NCBI GenBank assembly: GCA_050084985.1
Contig: JBITNC010000001.1
Span: 149,048,001 to 149,112,000, forward strand
Length of the DNA: 64,000 bases
Reading direction: 5' to 3'
Origin: Nageia nagi
Lineage: Eukaryota > Plantae > Pinophyta
The notes beneath the pieces were generated by a model. The model was not told the origin of the DNA and ran no database searches. It saw only the letters and a list, made by a program, of their open reading frames with translations. Both the position numbers and the translations under genes were made by a program. Below, piece by piece: positions 25,181 to 37,912 of this stretch. Numbering within the stretch: position 1 is the first letter of the stretch; every line of letters starts with the position of its first letter.

Positions 25181-25618
25181 GATTCTGATGGCTAAGGTGG
25201 GTATTTGAATCCAATTATATCTGTGGTATCTCATTATTAGGAGATATATTACGACTATTATATCCAATCATATTACAACTCTTAAGGAATTTCATTATTA
25301 GCACACAATGTCCCATCTGTTTTGCAAAGTATTTATGACAGTGCTCTGTATCCTTAATAATAACAACTTTCAATATTATGATGTTGTACTTGCAGCATTA
25401 AGTGGCATTCCGCTCGCAATGTATAAGGTTCTGTTGGCTAAGGTGGATATTTGAATCTGATTATATCTGTGGTATTTCATTGTTAGGAGACGTGTTACAA
25501 CTATTATATCCGATCATATTACAACTCGTAAGGAATTTCATTATTAAAATACAATGTCCCATCTGTTTTGCCAAGTATTTATGACAGTGCTCTGTATTCT
25601 TAATAATAACAACTTTCA
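25115..25618 (+). repeat. Tandem duplication (258 bp + 246 bp) of the last intron acceptor, terminal exon and 3' UTR
   Basis: atattatgatgttgtacttgcagcatt...taataataacaactttca occurs at 25115-25372 and 25373-25618. Copy 2 lacks 12 nt. Confidence 0.95.
25396..25426 (+). other. Putative alternative terminal coding exon (S-IKWHSARNV*)
   Basis: Intact ttgcag acceptor, same phase as exon 9, stop TAA at the homologous position. Whether it is used cannot be seen from sequence. Confidence 0.45.
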
Positions 25619-27388
25619 ATTGGTGAGAACTGAGAACTTATGGCAACAAAAATTATAAGTGCAAATTGTAAGATTGATCCGTGTATGGAGGATTATACAT
25701 TACATATGCTAGTTTTCTTTTAATTGACTTTACATTGGAAACAGTAGATCTCTTTTTTAATATGAGGAATGTGATTAATGTCTTCCATTTTGAGGTCATA
25801 GATAAGTATCCAAGATTGAATAAGCTACGCTCCTTCATCTCTATTAAGATTGTTAGGATGTTTCTCTATATTAATGACTTCTCTTTAAAATAATGATCCT
25901 CCTCGTAACTGACTCTTTATCTTTTGACGCTAAATAACTTATTATTCTCTGCCATTTGAGCTGCTAAAGCTGATTTTTCTGTTCTCCTGCACTGGAGATC
26001 TTTAGTATGCTCTTTAGTCATTCGTTTAAAGAGATATTCCTGCCACATAAGTGCACTTTTATCACACTAACAAGGAATAATATATATTCCTATGTTCCAT
26101 GAAGTTTCCAGGACGTGTACAGTGGGGTACAATGAGATGGGTTTTGGGGATGGGGATAGCTTGGGCTCGATTTTGGGTACAGGGGTACAATAATATTTTT
26201 TTTTAGGTAGGGTAAAAAAAGTTGCATTTTCTTAGATCCCACAATTGAACAAAAAAAAGTTCGAAATATAGTCACCATTACATCCACTTGCCATCATTTA
26301 CATCCAACTGGTGTCCTGATAAAGCTACTAACAACCACCAAACTATCACCAATAACAACCTACTGATGATCATAATAAAATATATCTACTATCATTTGAC
26401 AACCTACCTTGATTTACTATTCATCTACTCTAAAAAAACAAATGCTACCTAGCTATTACCTTTTAGTAGCCTAAATCCTCTTACTAACTATTTGCTACAT
26501 TCCAAATCCTAAGATACAAGTGTGTTGTAGACCAACTGTTGCCAATTTGCATCTTTGTCTTTCGAAAGCTTTAATCCAAAAAGCCTTTACTCAGCCCAAA
26601 GGTGGGTTGGGAACACTTGGTCTGAGGAGAGGCTTTTGCCTCACCTTCTCCATATTTGCTACGCTTCAACTGCAAAGTTGCAACTAGTCGCAATCGAGTC
26701 AAAGCCAAAACCTTGATGTTTGAATTGCATCTAAAGCCCTAGTGTGTGGGATACGATAATATTAAAATATAATAAAATTATAAATATATATTAGAAAGTG
26801 TTGAAATTTTTTAGTTTTTAAATATTTTATGTGAAATTCAAAAAATTTAAATCATATTTCATTATCATAAAATCATTGACACTATCATATACTAGAGTCT
26901 GACAAATCAAAATGTCAAAAATAAACATAATCATATCAGAGTCTAAAGTCTAAACTCTCCAAACTCTAAAGCATAGTTGTAGATATGAGTTTCACAAGTG
27001 GCCTTGTCATCTTATAATGTTTCATTCATAGTTGTTAGACTTAGATTTAGACTCAACTCAAACTCGTCGAGTTCCCTCGAGGCTCGAACTCGGGAAAAAA
27101 CTATGTTCGGATTTATCAAAAAGAAGAATTAATTTTTTTTTATTTTATTGAAAACATAAATTATTTCAATTGCTTATTACTTTTATTAGTGTATTCTAAA
27201 AACCTACTTACTCAACGTCCATATTATACTATATACAATATACATAATTGCTAGGAGCTAAAGTCAATATCCAAATATTTGATGTTCTTTTGCATGGTGG
27301 TGCATGGATGTGGCAGTATGGCATGCATAGTGCATGATGGTGCGGCCCTTAACTAGCCTCCTTCATGCACGAAAGCGCTTAGGGTTGA

Positions 27389-28403
27389 GGTTGTCAAATT
27401 TTTTCCTATTAGTACATCTATTTCTAAGTGATTGGTTGTTTTTTTTACTTTTCTTCTAGTCCAACCAATGCACAAGTGTACTCCCAACCATTTTGGGGAT
27501 AGTTGGGTTGTCCCCTGGCATCTCAAAAATGCTCACGTGTCTTGGAGACACCTAGGCATTTTTGAGACACTAAGGGGATGTCTAGTCGTCCCCGAAATGA
27601 TGAGGCATACCTCATAGGGCCGAAATGTTTTGCTGCAAGTTCTAAGAGGGTGGTACAAGAGGGGATGTTTCGTACCTATCCTCTATCCCCAAATTGAATG
27701 AAACATTGATATCAGGGTACTAGGGGTCAATATACATCCCCATGGAAAATAGATATACTTCGTCACTTAGTTTAGGGTTAACACAATTCTTTAATTTAAA
27801 TTTCTTTAATAGTATATAAGCAACAAAAGAATGATAATAATTTTATTTCACAAAATCCAAAGATTTTTTTTTGGATATCCCATTCACAAAGGGGTGGTTG
27901 TCAAAATTTTTCTTCTTAGTACACCTATTTCTTAAGTGGTTGGTTGTTTTTTTTTTCCTTTTCTACTAGTTCGGCTAGCATGCAAGGGTACTCCCAACCA
28001 TTTTGGGGATGATTGGGCATCCTTTTGGCATTTAAGAAATGCGTACATGCCCCTGAGATACCTAAGCATTTTTGGGACGCCAAGGGGATGCCCAACCATC
28101 CTTGAAACAATTGGGCATACCCCATAGGGTTGAAATGTTTCGTTGCAAGTTCCAAGAGAGCAGTACATAAGGGGGATGTTTCGTACCCATCCTCTGTCCC
28201 CAAATTGAATGAAAGATTGATATGGGGTACTATGGGTCAAAATGTGCCACCATGGAACATAGATATACTCCATGACTTAGTTTAGCGTTAACACAATTCT
28301 TTGATTTAAATTTATTTTAAAGGTATATAAGCAGCAAAAGAATGACAACAATTTTCTTTCACATAATTCAAAGATTTTTTTTGTATATCCCATTCACAAA
28401 GGA
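27389..28403. repeat. ~510-bp tandem duplication of a non-coding interspersed repeat (MITE-like)
   Basis: ggttgtcaaa...tactcccaaccattttggggat...atatcccattcacaaagg at ~27389-27892 and ~27896-28402. Confidence 0.85.
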
Positions 28404-28409
28404 GAGGCT

Positions 28410-28930
28410 TTGGCACACATAATGATGTTTTTAATACTTTTTTCCAGATTCTTCACAAACCACTGAAATCTCTTTTGATTTGAGTTGCCAAATATTCATC
28501 TCTTAACATCCTTCTTGAGTCGATGTATCTTTCAATCTCTTGAGACTATGGTCTTCAAGAACCCTTTTTTTTAGTGACATAGTGATGAGATGAAGCATGA
28601 AGACCTACCTTTGTAAGAACATCCAAAAAAGGTAAAATATTGTCTCTCTATCTAACTTGTGAATTGGATGTTTTTTACGTCAACCATTTTAATTATTTCT
28701 AATCAAATCTAATCTTTTTAAGCCATGTGACTTGTTTACATTAGTATTATCCACATACCTCTTTCATCGTTTATGTTTAGTATGGATGTAGAGAATGCCT
28801 TTTCCTCACATTTCTCGATAAATATATTTGCAAGAGAAGATCCCATTGCCACATCTTTCTCAAAATCTATTTATTTATCAATGTTGTTGGCCTTTTTTAG
28901 AGGAATCTGATGAATAAAGGTTATAATATT
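28410..28930 (-). mobile_element. Penelope-like element (conifer Dryad type) reverse transcriptase remnant
   Basis: Minus strand reads VAMGSSL-ANIFIEKCEEKAF, KRYVDNTNV..SHG, NIQFT..IE, ILPFLDVL and LHASSHH in the order expected for PLE RT (G.AMGSPLS.ANIFME; W.RYVDD; I.FT.E.E; LPFLDV; YLH..SHH). Confidence 0.8.
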
Positions 28931-29759
28931 TTCTCCTTTTAGATTTGTTGGCGTAAGGATAAAAATTGGACTTGTACATAAATGGGCTTAAAATCAATAT
29001 TGAAGCTATTTTAGTATATGGAGAAGAAAAAGGAAAGTAAATATGAATATGGTGTTAGATAGTCCATTAATCTTATCACTTAAATTTAATTGATATAAAC
29101 ATTTTAAAATTATTTTTCAATATTTATGGATGATAGAAAAATTGTTCATCAATTAAAATGTTGATTAATTTATCAATTTTGTCATTTAATTCATGCTTTC
29201 TTATGTTTATCATTCTATGCATTTCAATCTATATCTTGTCGTTAATTGTCTTTTTATGAAGAAAGGTAGTAGTCTTTTTATTGGAATATGAAATGTATGA
29301 TTGAATAGTTTATATATATTAGCAATAGTAAAATAAATTTTATGAACCATTCGATCCAAATGATTATTTATAAATTTAAAATTTATCATCTTAAATTAAA
29401 AAACACAACCCACCAAATTTTTAAAATTGTGTATAAAATCTACATTTTATTAATTTTTTGATACTTTAAAATATATTAAAATTATATATCACAAGATATA
29501 ATCAAATACTATTTCCTTGCACATTTCTATCAATAGAAATTTGATTTATATTTTTTTTTGTAAGATGAAAAAAAGGGCCATTGGTAAATTGAGAGGCTTT
29601 TTACATAGAAACCTAAAAATTGTCTTTAAAAGTTTAGGCAACAAAGTGCCACAATTTATTTCAAAGTTTTAAAATAGGCAACAACCTATCAATATTTATT
29701 TCAACATACATTTACTAAATGCTACTTGGTATCTCAAAATTGGGCAATTGATTTTTATA

Positions 29760-31420
29760 TATTTCAGTCTTTTGAAGAAGCTCTCAATTGAATAGGATTG
29801 CTGCTAAAATTGTAGCACTTGGATTTGATGTAATTGCAACAATAACCATCAATCTTCTATGGATATCAAAAATATCAAGCTTCATTTCAGAAGCTTATGT
29901 GTGGAGGGGAATTCAATCCCTTGAAATTCCTGATAATATCATCATTTTTACTCTATTTAGAGAGTGTTTTGCTCTCAAAATCATCCAAAGTTGATTGCTT
30001 TCCTTCTACAATAGCTTTGGTTGTTTCTTTCAACCTTACCTATCCTTCATTGGGGTGTCCCACTTTTCCTTGCCTTGTATATGATTTCGTTGTTGCACTT
30101 CATGTTATTATACCATAAATTTTGGACCATTGAGTTTCATTCACCAATGTCTCTTCAGTATCCAAGTACCTTTTTGTTCCTTTATTTTTTGTTGGTCCAT
30201 CCACCAACGTTTGCATTATAATTATTCCTTCCTTATTTAGTGACCTCTTAGATTTAGGTTTTTTCCATCCATCATTTTCAAGAAGATTATCACCTTGCGA
30301 ATGCTACTCTGGTTCAAGTTGTAATTCATCGTCTTTCTTGTAAATCTCATTTTCTTTATTTTCTTTGTGACCATCTTTGATTATAGTTATTGACTTAGAG
30401 ATATTCTCTTTTTATTGCTTAGATTCCTTCCTATTTGCCAAATTGTTGTCATCTCTTCCTACATCATTCGATGATATTTCACCTTCGAGTTCTGATGGGT
30501 TTCTTGCCATATTCAGGTCGTGCACTTCCTCATGTCGTTTTGGTCTCCATTCCCTTTGAATTGTGTTTGCTATGGTCACATTCGTCAGACAAGATCTCAC
30601 ATTATGCCAACATAACCACATGTTGAGCACAAGGAATTGTTGTTGTCATAATGCAATTTTGGAACCTATTCACCCAATTTTGATTCAAGTGTAATTGATT
30701 TCGATAGTTATGCTCCAAATTCAACCATGGTGCAAAATCTTGTTGCTAACATTCTTGTTTAGGCATTTGTAACTTCATCCACTACAACAAACTTCCTAAA
30801 AGATTATATGATCCCTTCATAGACTTTTTGATGTCAATAATCGAAAGGGAGATGTGGAAGGGTGACCCAAATTAGAGTTGTTATTATCTAGGCTTTAGTT
30901 GGATTGAACTCAATTTGCCATTTCTCCAAAAGTAATTATTTATTTTTAAAGAATCAAGGGGTGCTCATGAAAAAATCTCGATCTTCTACACAACCAAACA
31001 TAAATATAATGTAATAATTGGGCATTGCAATTATATCCAAACATCCTTAAATTGTCCATCTCAACTTTCCCCATTTTCTGATCAGGTCAATGTTTGGGTG
31101 AACACCATGGAGCTTACCCACTAAATTGTAGCATCCTCTTTTTATCAATTGATCAGTGATGGTTCATGGTATTTTTAGACAATTTCTCTCCTCTCCTTTC
31201 CACTTCAACCAATGTCTATCTTTTTCTCTTGCATGAAGAGGCTTCACCATGAAAGAGCCTCCATTACTACTGTATCATTGGGACTAGTCGCATAATTGGT
31301 TGGTGATCGTAGTTCCTTTTAGCAAAATTAGATCAGAGAGGGTAGGGTGCTTGCTCTCGAGGGAGATTGGTGAAGAGGCTTAGATTCAAGGGCTTCCAGA
31401 AAGTGAAAGTGAAGGGTAAT
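29760..31420 (-). mobile_element. L1 LINE remnant: ORF1 (DUF4283 plus Zn knuckle) and start of the ORF2 endonuclease
   Basis: Minus strand: F.CVEDRDFF...LLLEKWQIEFNP...IWVTLPHLPF (30840-31000), C-ST-CGYVG-H...C knuckle (~30590-30635) and MILS(W)NFKGLNSP (~29900-29945). Confidence 0.8.
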
Positions 31421-31989
31421 GCACTTACCAATTTATTTCTTGAAATTGATTTATATTGTACCATCTAATACCAAGATACTTTACACTTAACTCTTTAATA
31501 TTATATTTTTTTATCCACAAAAGTTTGATTTTCTTCTAGACTATTATCTTCGGATGTTTGCTCTAACTTACTCATGTTGTTTAATGGGTACTATATTTCA
31601 TAAAGATACTGATTTTTTATTATTGTGAACATTAAGCATTTAATAATGTGATGAAGAGTTAAATCTTGATGATGTTAGGTAAGTTGATAGTTGTGTTATG
31701 TTGATTTAATTTTGAAGATGAATTTATACATTAGATCTAGGAGCTTATATTTGGCATAAGTCTACTTTAGATAGATAAGATAATTATATTAATGTCCATA
31801 AGTGATTAATAAGGTCAAAGAGATTAAGAGGTACAATTGAAGAAATAGAAATAAAGTAGGAAAAAAATCCCAAGAGAATAGAGTAAACTATAATAAATAA
31901 ATAAACATAGGGGTGGGGAGGTGTGATGATTGCCAAACCTAAATCCTAAGATTACAATATTGAATTGATCTTGATGTTCAAGGTCAGAG

Positions 31990-34565
31990 GACTACTATTT
32001 TTCATGAAGAAAGTGGTAATAAGGAAGAACATGCATTGTCTTGATTGTAAACGTAATGAGGAGCCTTGATGTTGATCAAAGATATTTGTGTGGCACTTGA
32101 TGCGAGGTCATTGAGGGATCTAGGAAATGTTTCTTGCTGAATGTCATCAAGAAATTGACCTATTGTTGTCAGAGTGAGAGGGAGAAAAGACTTAAGGGTG
32201 CTTGACCACCTTGATAAGAGCAATGTGTTGAATGAAGGAAGTGTTCAACTTAGTTGTGGTGGGGGTATCCTGCATAAATTGTACCTAAGCAAGGTAGCTT
32301 CTTAAATATACAAGGCTAAACATCGTTGATTGGGATACTTGAAAAAGCTAGAGAGATAATTGTCAGTCTTTTATTAAACAATGGAATCTTTCTTGAATCT
32401 TGTAGTAAATGGGGAACTTGAAGATAAAGTGGTCCTTGAACTTTATTTTATCAACGAAGGGAAGATAACATATGTTCCTCCCATTAGATGTGGTTATCAG
32501 ACTCTATACAAAGTTAGTGGGATCATACTCTCATTTTTCCTAAAGGGGTACTCAAGTTGTGTGACTAGTGGTACTAGTCCAAGTGATTATAATGTAGTAT
32601 TGATAAACATTCATTCAAACCAACCTACAAGTGTTCACCTTTCAAGAATAAGGTTTTAGGGTGGTGGGGATCAAGTATAATGTGCTTGAAGGGAGGAAGA
32701 TTATTGATGGAAAGATTGATAGTTTGGAAGAGCAAACAAGTCTTAGAGAACTAACAATTTCGACATCTATATAAGCCTGCATAATGTCCATAGAGGAACA
32801 AAGAATTAGAAATAAATACCTTGCACATCTAAAGATGGAGATCCACATGGATTCAAGTTTGTGAATATAAAGGATAATATGAAAGATGCATTCAAGACAA
32901 AAGGGTGGAACTACAAACTCAACCTAGACAATGTGTTGGGGGATTGTTGTTTTATAATAAATTTAAAGATGAAACATAAAAGTTTAAATCCACTCAAAGA
33001 GATCTCAATTGATGGATCGTAGATTGAGAACCAAAAACTTAGAACTACATGTGACAATGTGTTGAACAATGGTATTGAAGAGGTGCATCTTTGAAGAGAT
33101 ATCCTTAATGTGGGGTTAAAAACATTTGTGTTCCAACATAATTGGTGAAAAGAAGAATAGAGATCAACTTATGAAGAAGAAAATAATTATCCTCTACATG
33201 AATATGGTATTGAACGAAATCCTCAAGCTCATCAATGTGATATTGAAGAGGGTTGGGGAGAGGGGACAACCCTGTTTAACCTTGATGGTACTCTTAATAG
33301 GGTTAGAGAGGTCGTGAGGGGTACACAATTGGCCAACCATTGTCTTGTATAACTTGTTGGTAGCTAGAATAAGGAGATCAAAAATACTAATATCACATAG
33401 TCATTAGAGAAGGAGATATCTTAGGATTGAGTCCAAATCCTTTCTAAAGTCAATGAAGCAACAAAAGAATTTGGTGGACCAATGACAAGCTTACTCAATA
33501 ATGATGCAAAGGATAAAGATGTGATCAATGGTCTAGTAGTTGCTCTTAGAACTTGTTTTTCTCATGACTCTAAGTTTCTTGTACTCTAGTTCTTCTGATA
33601 ACATTATTTATAGCCTTATGCCATATAGCTTGACAAAGTTGTGTCGAGTTATAATAGTCATGTAATTTTTTAGAATGGAAATGTTTAATTTGTGGATGGG
33701 ATGAATAATATGTCATGCCCAAGAGGGGGAATCCATATCAAACAAACTCATTAAAGAAAATTTAAAGTGAAAAAAAGAGTGAATCAAATCCATGTTTGAG
33801 GAACTCTACTTGGAACCGCTTACAATCTAAATATTTACTAGTGCAAAGTTTTTTAATATATTTCTTGATGTCACTTATATGAAATAATTAACAAGAAGGG
33901 GGAAGGGAAGAGACAGTGATGGTAGGTTAACCGAGTACATCATTAAGGAAGTTTCCATAAGCGACCCAAGATTGGGTATTAATGATAGAAGGTAGGGATA
34001 TCTTTGGGAAGAGGAGGCACCACAAGGATTTGGGAGAGTGGTCGAGGACATTGAGGATCACAAGTGGCCTAGAAGCAAGATATTCATGTTTATTATTTCT
34101 CATGGTGCGATAGTACTCTCAACGTACATTGGGTGCAAGGGAAGGATTGTTTACTACATAGGAATGAATATTCAAATGGAAAGACTTATAATCTTCATCA
34201 TACCAATGGGTCATAGGACAAGATCCGTGAGGATTAGTTGGGTAGGAATGAAAAACATTGAGGGATGAGGAGTTTAAGGTAACCTCCTAAAGGCCATGAT
34301 ATAAAAAGTCATATATAAAGGTGATGATAAAAAGCAAAAATGAGCAAAATTCAAACATGAGGTAAGAGACTTAGTGGAGTAATCAATGGTTTATGAAATA
34401 TTAAAGTATGTCACAATAAGATGGGTACCAAGGATGATAGAATAAGGGGAGAGGGAAGATAAGGGAGGAAGGTGTTATGAAGGGAGAAATATAAGGCAAC
34501 ATGGTCGATAAGGAGAAGTTGCAAGGAGATACAAATGTATTTGATGCATCGAATAATATCCCCAC
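31990..34565 (-). mobile_element. Non-LTR retrotransposon (LINE) ORF2, RT portion and endonuclease C-terminus
   Basis: Minus strand: FCCFIDFRK..DSI (~33430-33470), VKQGCPLSPTLFNI (~33240-33285) and LLIDHVAL (SDH motif, ~34490-34520). Heavily decayed. Confidence 0.75.
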
Positions 34566-34814
34566 TATTAGAAACCTAATCCTTAGGGATTACGGTATAT
34601 ATAATATAGTAGTAGTACTTACTATATTTAGTAAATTCAGCAATAGGAATTTACTTGATTTTTAAGAGTAATAATGAAGTTCATATGAAGAGCCCATGTG
34701 TAATCCAAAGGTGACCCATGGAGGTGAATATGCAAAGTTAGTTTGTGATGTATTTATTCTCATATCAAATCTAACACAATGCTTTTTTCCTTGGATTGAT
34801 TCTAACTTCTTACA
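34566..34814 (+). repeat. Copia 5' LTR
   Basis: tattagaaacctaatccttagggatta...cttaca, collinear with 47807-48054. Confidence 0.9.
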
Positions 34815-34815
34815 T

Positions 34816-34827
34816 TGGTATCAGAGC
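34816..34827 (+). promoter_or_regulatory. PBS complementary to initiator tRNA-Met
   Basis: TGGTATCAGAGC immediately after the LTR. Confidence 0.92.
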
Positions 34828-35929
34828 TTGTGTTGAAGACCAATAATTCTTGAAGATAAAGATTTGTTGAAGACCAAGATCTATTGAAGATTATAGATTT
34901 TAAGTCCATTTTATGAAGCAAAATTTTGCCAAAATCTTTCCATTATCTTTGTGCGTTGTTTTTGCAAAATTTGTTCCTCCAAATCAAAATCTAAGTCCAT
35001 ATTTAGATACCCATTTTTGAGCTGATTGGTTTTATATATTGGGTCATAACTTTTCATGCCCATTTGTACAAAATGTTCCAGATTAAAGTTTCTACTTATG
35101 TAGAAGATTTTAAAATCTAGTTTGTGGTTTTCTCAAGTGGTTTTATGATTGCAAATGGTTTTGTATCAATCTATTTGATTTGTGGTTTCATTTTGTAAAT
35201 TACCACCCATGTTGAGTGGTTTTCTTGTGTTGTTAAGTGTGTGAATTGTTTTCTCATTTAACCATCAATCTATCTCAGAAACCCTATTATTTCCACTCGT
35301 AGACCCCCTGCTCTCTTGACTCCCACCCCCCACACCACATATTTTGAAATCTAAACCAACATTTAAAAGTCCAAATCCATAGTTTTCTAAACATAAAACC
35401 TCTCCCACTTACTATTGTGCTCCCACCAGGGATCAAATTTGAAGGGTTCCTCCTCTTTTTGTTTGAAAGGTTAATTTTTATAATGCACTTCTTTAATGAA
35501 GGTTTAAAAATATGATGGCCTTTATTTGAAGTATTTATAAAACATTATTCTTCATAAAATCATATAAACTTTTTTGAACTGAAAATCTATAATAATATCA
35601 GTGAAATAATTATACTTATTTTCAAATAACTTTTTAATAGAAAATCAACAATAGTATAAGAAAATTTGGAAATAATTTGAAATTTTAATTAGTATCAACC
35701 AAATAATTGTAACTATTATATTGTTCTTTGAAATCAACTCACAAATGAAATATCTGAATGGTATGGAATTCATTTCATTACACACACCTTACAACTCATT
35801 CTTGTTTACCATCCATGTAATCAGTTTTCTTTCAATACTAAAAAAAGTCATATCAATATCTAAATATAGTATCAAATTAAATTACAAATCATTTCTCAAG
35901 AAAATAGAAGTAGCAACATAAAAAGCATA

Positions 35930-37912
35930 TGCAAGCCATTAATTGGAAGAATATCTGGTTCTAAAGCCAGTTAGAGAGCTTGTTCGAGAGCTTGAAATTG
36001 CATCCCTTGCATTGACAAGAAAAGATAGTAAAAGAATATTAACTTTAAATCAAAACACTTAAAATAATAGATTATATACAATCAAAACCTTCATGTTTCA
36101 TTTTTTTCATGTGTAAATGTTGAATCTAGATTAATTTTGCTATTTGAAAACTATTGTGCAAGTGTAAAATCATTCTAGCACATATTCAATATTGCCCACA
36201 ATCTAATTCACAATCCCAAATTATCAGTGATCTAATACTCTTGAACTAAACTTCTCATGATCTGGTCTTAGGTAATTTTTGGGCATTATTAAGGTTGTTG
36301 AGTCTTTTTTGCACTTAGTTTAGTCTTTTGGTGGACATTTGGGCATTCAAGACTTGTTTCTTCTTGAAATTGTGAATTTCATAACATTTGTTTGGAACAA
36401 GGAACACCAATAAAAGCAATAACTTATTTAGATTTTACTATATCGAGAGTGGTATTTGGCTAATTTTACCACCTTGACCAGAATGACATTGATCAACGAC
36501 GTTGCCATTGAACTACATATGCACCTTCAAGATGTTAAGCCTCTGTAGTATATAAAATGAAACAAAATTCATAATGGGGATAAAAAAAGAACATCTAAAA
36601 TAGATCTCAAAGAGGATAGTTAAATGGCTCAAGGATAACCATTAAACATAGTGGAAAAAAATAAAAACTAAACATTAATAAATCTTACTAAACAACATAT
36701 AAATTCTATCAAATACTCTCACATTTACTTACATATTTAATAGGCTTTGTTATTCCAAGTGGTTATCTCAATAGGAATAAACTTGCCATTCTACTTTTCT
36801 AGACATCTTGGATATGAATTTTGTCATTTTAAAATAGGATGGACAATGAAATCTTAACAAAAAGAAAAAATCTTGACATTAAATACAAAATCATTTCTTT
36901 CTTCTTTTTTTAGATTGCCAAGATGTTGAACAAGTTGAATCATTCAATGCTTGTGAATCATATCCTATGTTATAACAAGAATTTTATCCCTCAAATATGG
37001 ATCCACTAGAATTTAATAGCATACATACCTTTAGCTCTAGCCTACATATAAATGGGCATCATGCAAAACTGTAATCAAAGGCATCATCAAAACCTTTAGC
37101 TCTAGCCTACATATAAGTTTTTCCTTTCGGTCATCATGAAAATGGAACATTGAAGCCCTTGGCCTATCAGACATGGATAGAAACCTTCTAAAATTATTTC
37201 CAAAAGTAACAAAAAACTACATAAGTAGAAATGAAATAAGTATAATTGCAATACACACACACTAACTATTATATATATATATATATACCTAGAAAAAAAT
37301 AATATATAGCTAAATAAATTCAGTTTCTTTTTCCATATATATATAGCCAAAAAATTGTTTGCTTTGATTCCCATTCTATTGATTGTATCATACACCTTAC
37401 ATTGTATACACAGTTGTATTTTTTACATTTACCATTTCCATAAGCGGAGGAGACTTGAGACTAGTATCATAACTTCTTCCTCAAAATTTTATAATCTCTG
37501 AGTAGCCTAAGTGAATTTTTATTATTTTATTTTTAGAGTAAAGTGATCTTGGAGTTGCATATTTCAAGTCAAGCAAGACTTTGCATTGAAGTCTATAGGG
37601 CATGATAGTCCATCCTAATGGATCTGTTTAACGAAAAGAGTTTCCTAAAGAAGATAATGAGCTTTCTCAATTCTCTTACAATTTCAAATCATATTCAAGA
37701 ATTTAATTAGCATAGTTAACATGACTACAACAAAGTTAGAGATATAAAAAATAATTTCTTGTAATTCTGAATTTGTAAAGAGAATCTAGAGATGAGGATT
37801 TACATAAACAAATATAAAAACATCTGATCAAGATTTGATATATTAATGATAATGTACTTACCAATTACTAAACACCTAACTCACCTTTCTTAGTTATGAA
37901 GATTTGATCCAT
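35930..37912 (-). pseudogene. Decayed multi-exon gene fragment (possibly OB-fold/RPA-like) inside the Copia leader
   Basis: Series of AG..GT-bounded segments on the minus strand (37885-37912, ~37540-37644, 37401-37506, 37111-37187, 36733-36798, 36439-36542) separated by AT-rich spacers. Several in-frame stops. Confidence 0.4.

Noticed and set aside
25402-25584. 60-aa ORF in the duplicated 3' UTR
   Set aside because: It starts at a non-ATG codon, is out of frame with the exon, has no recognisable motif and derives from UTR sequence.
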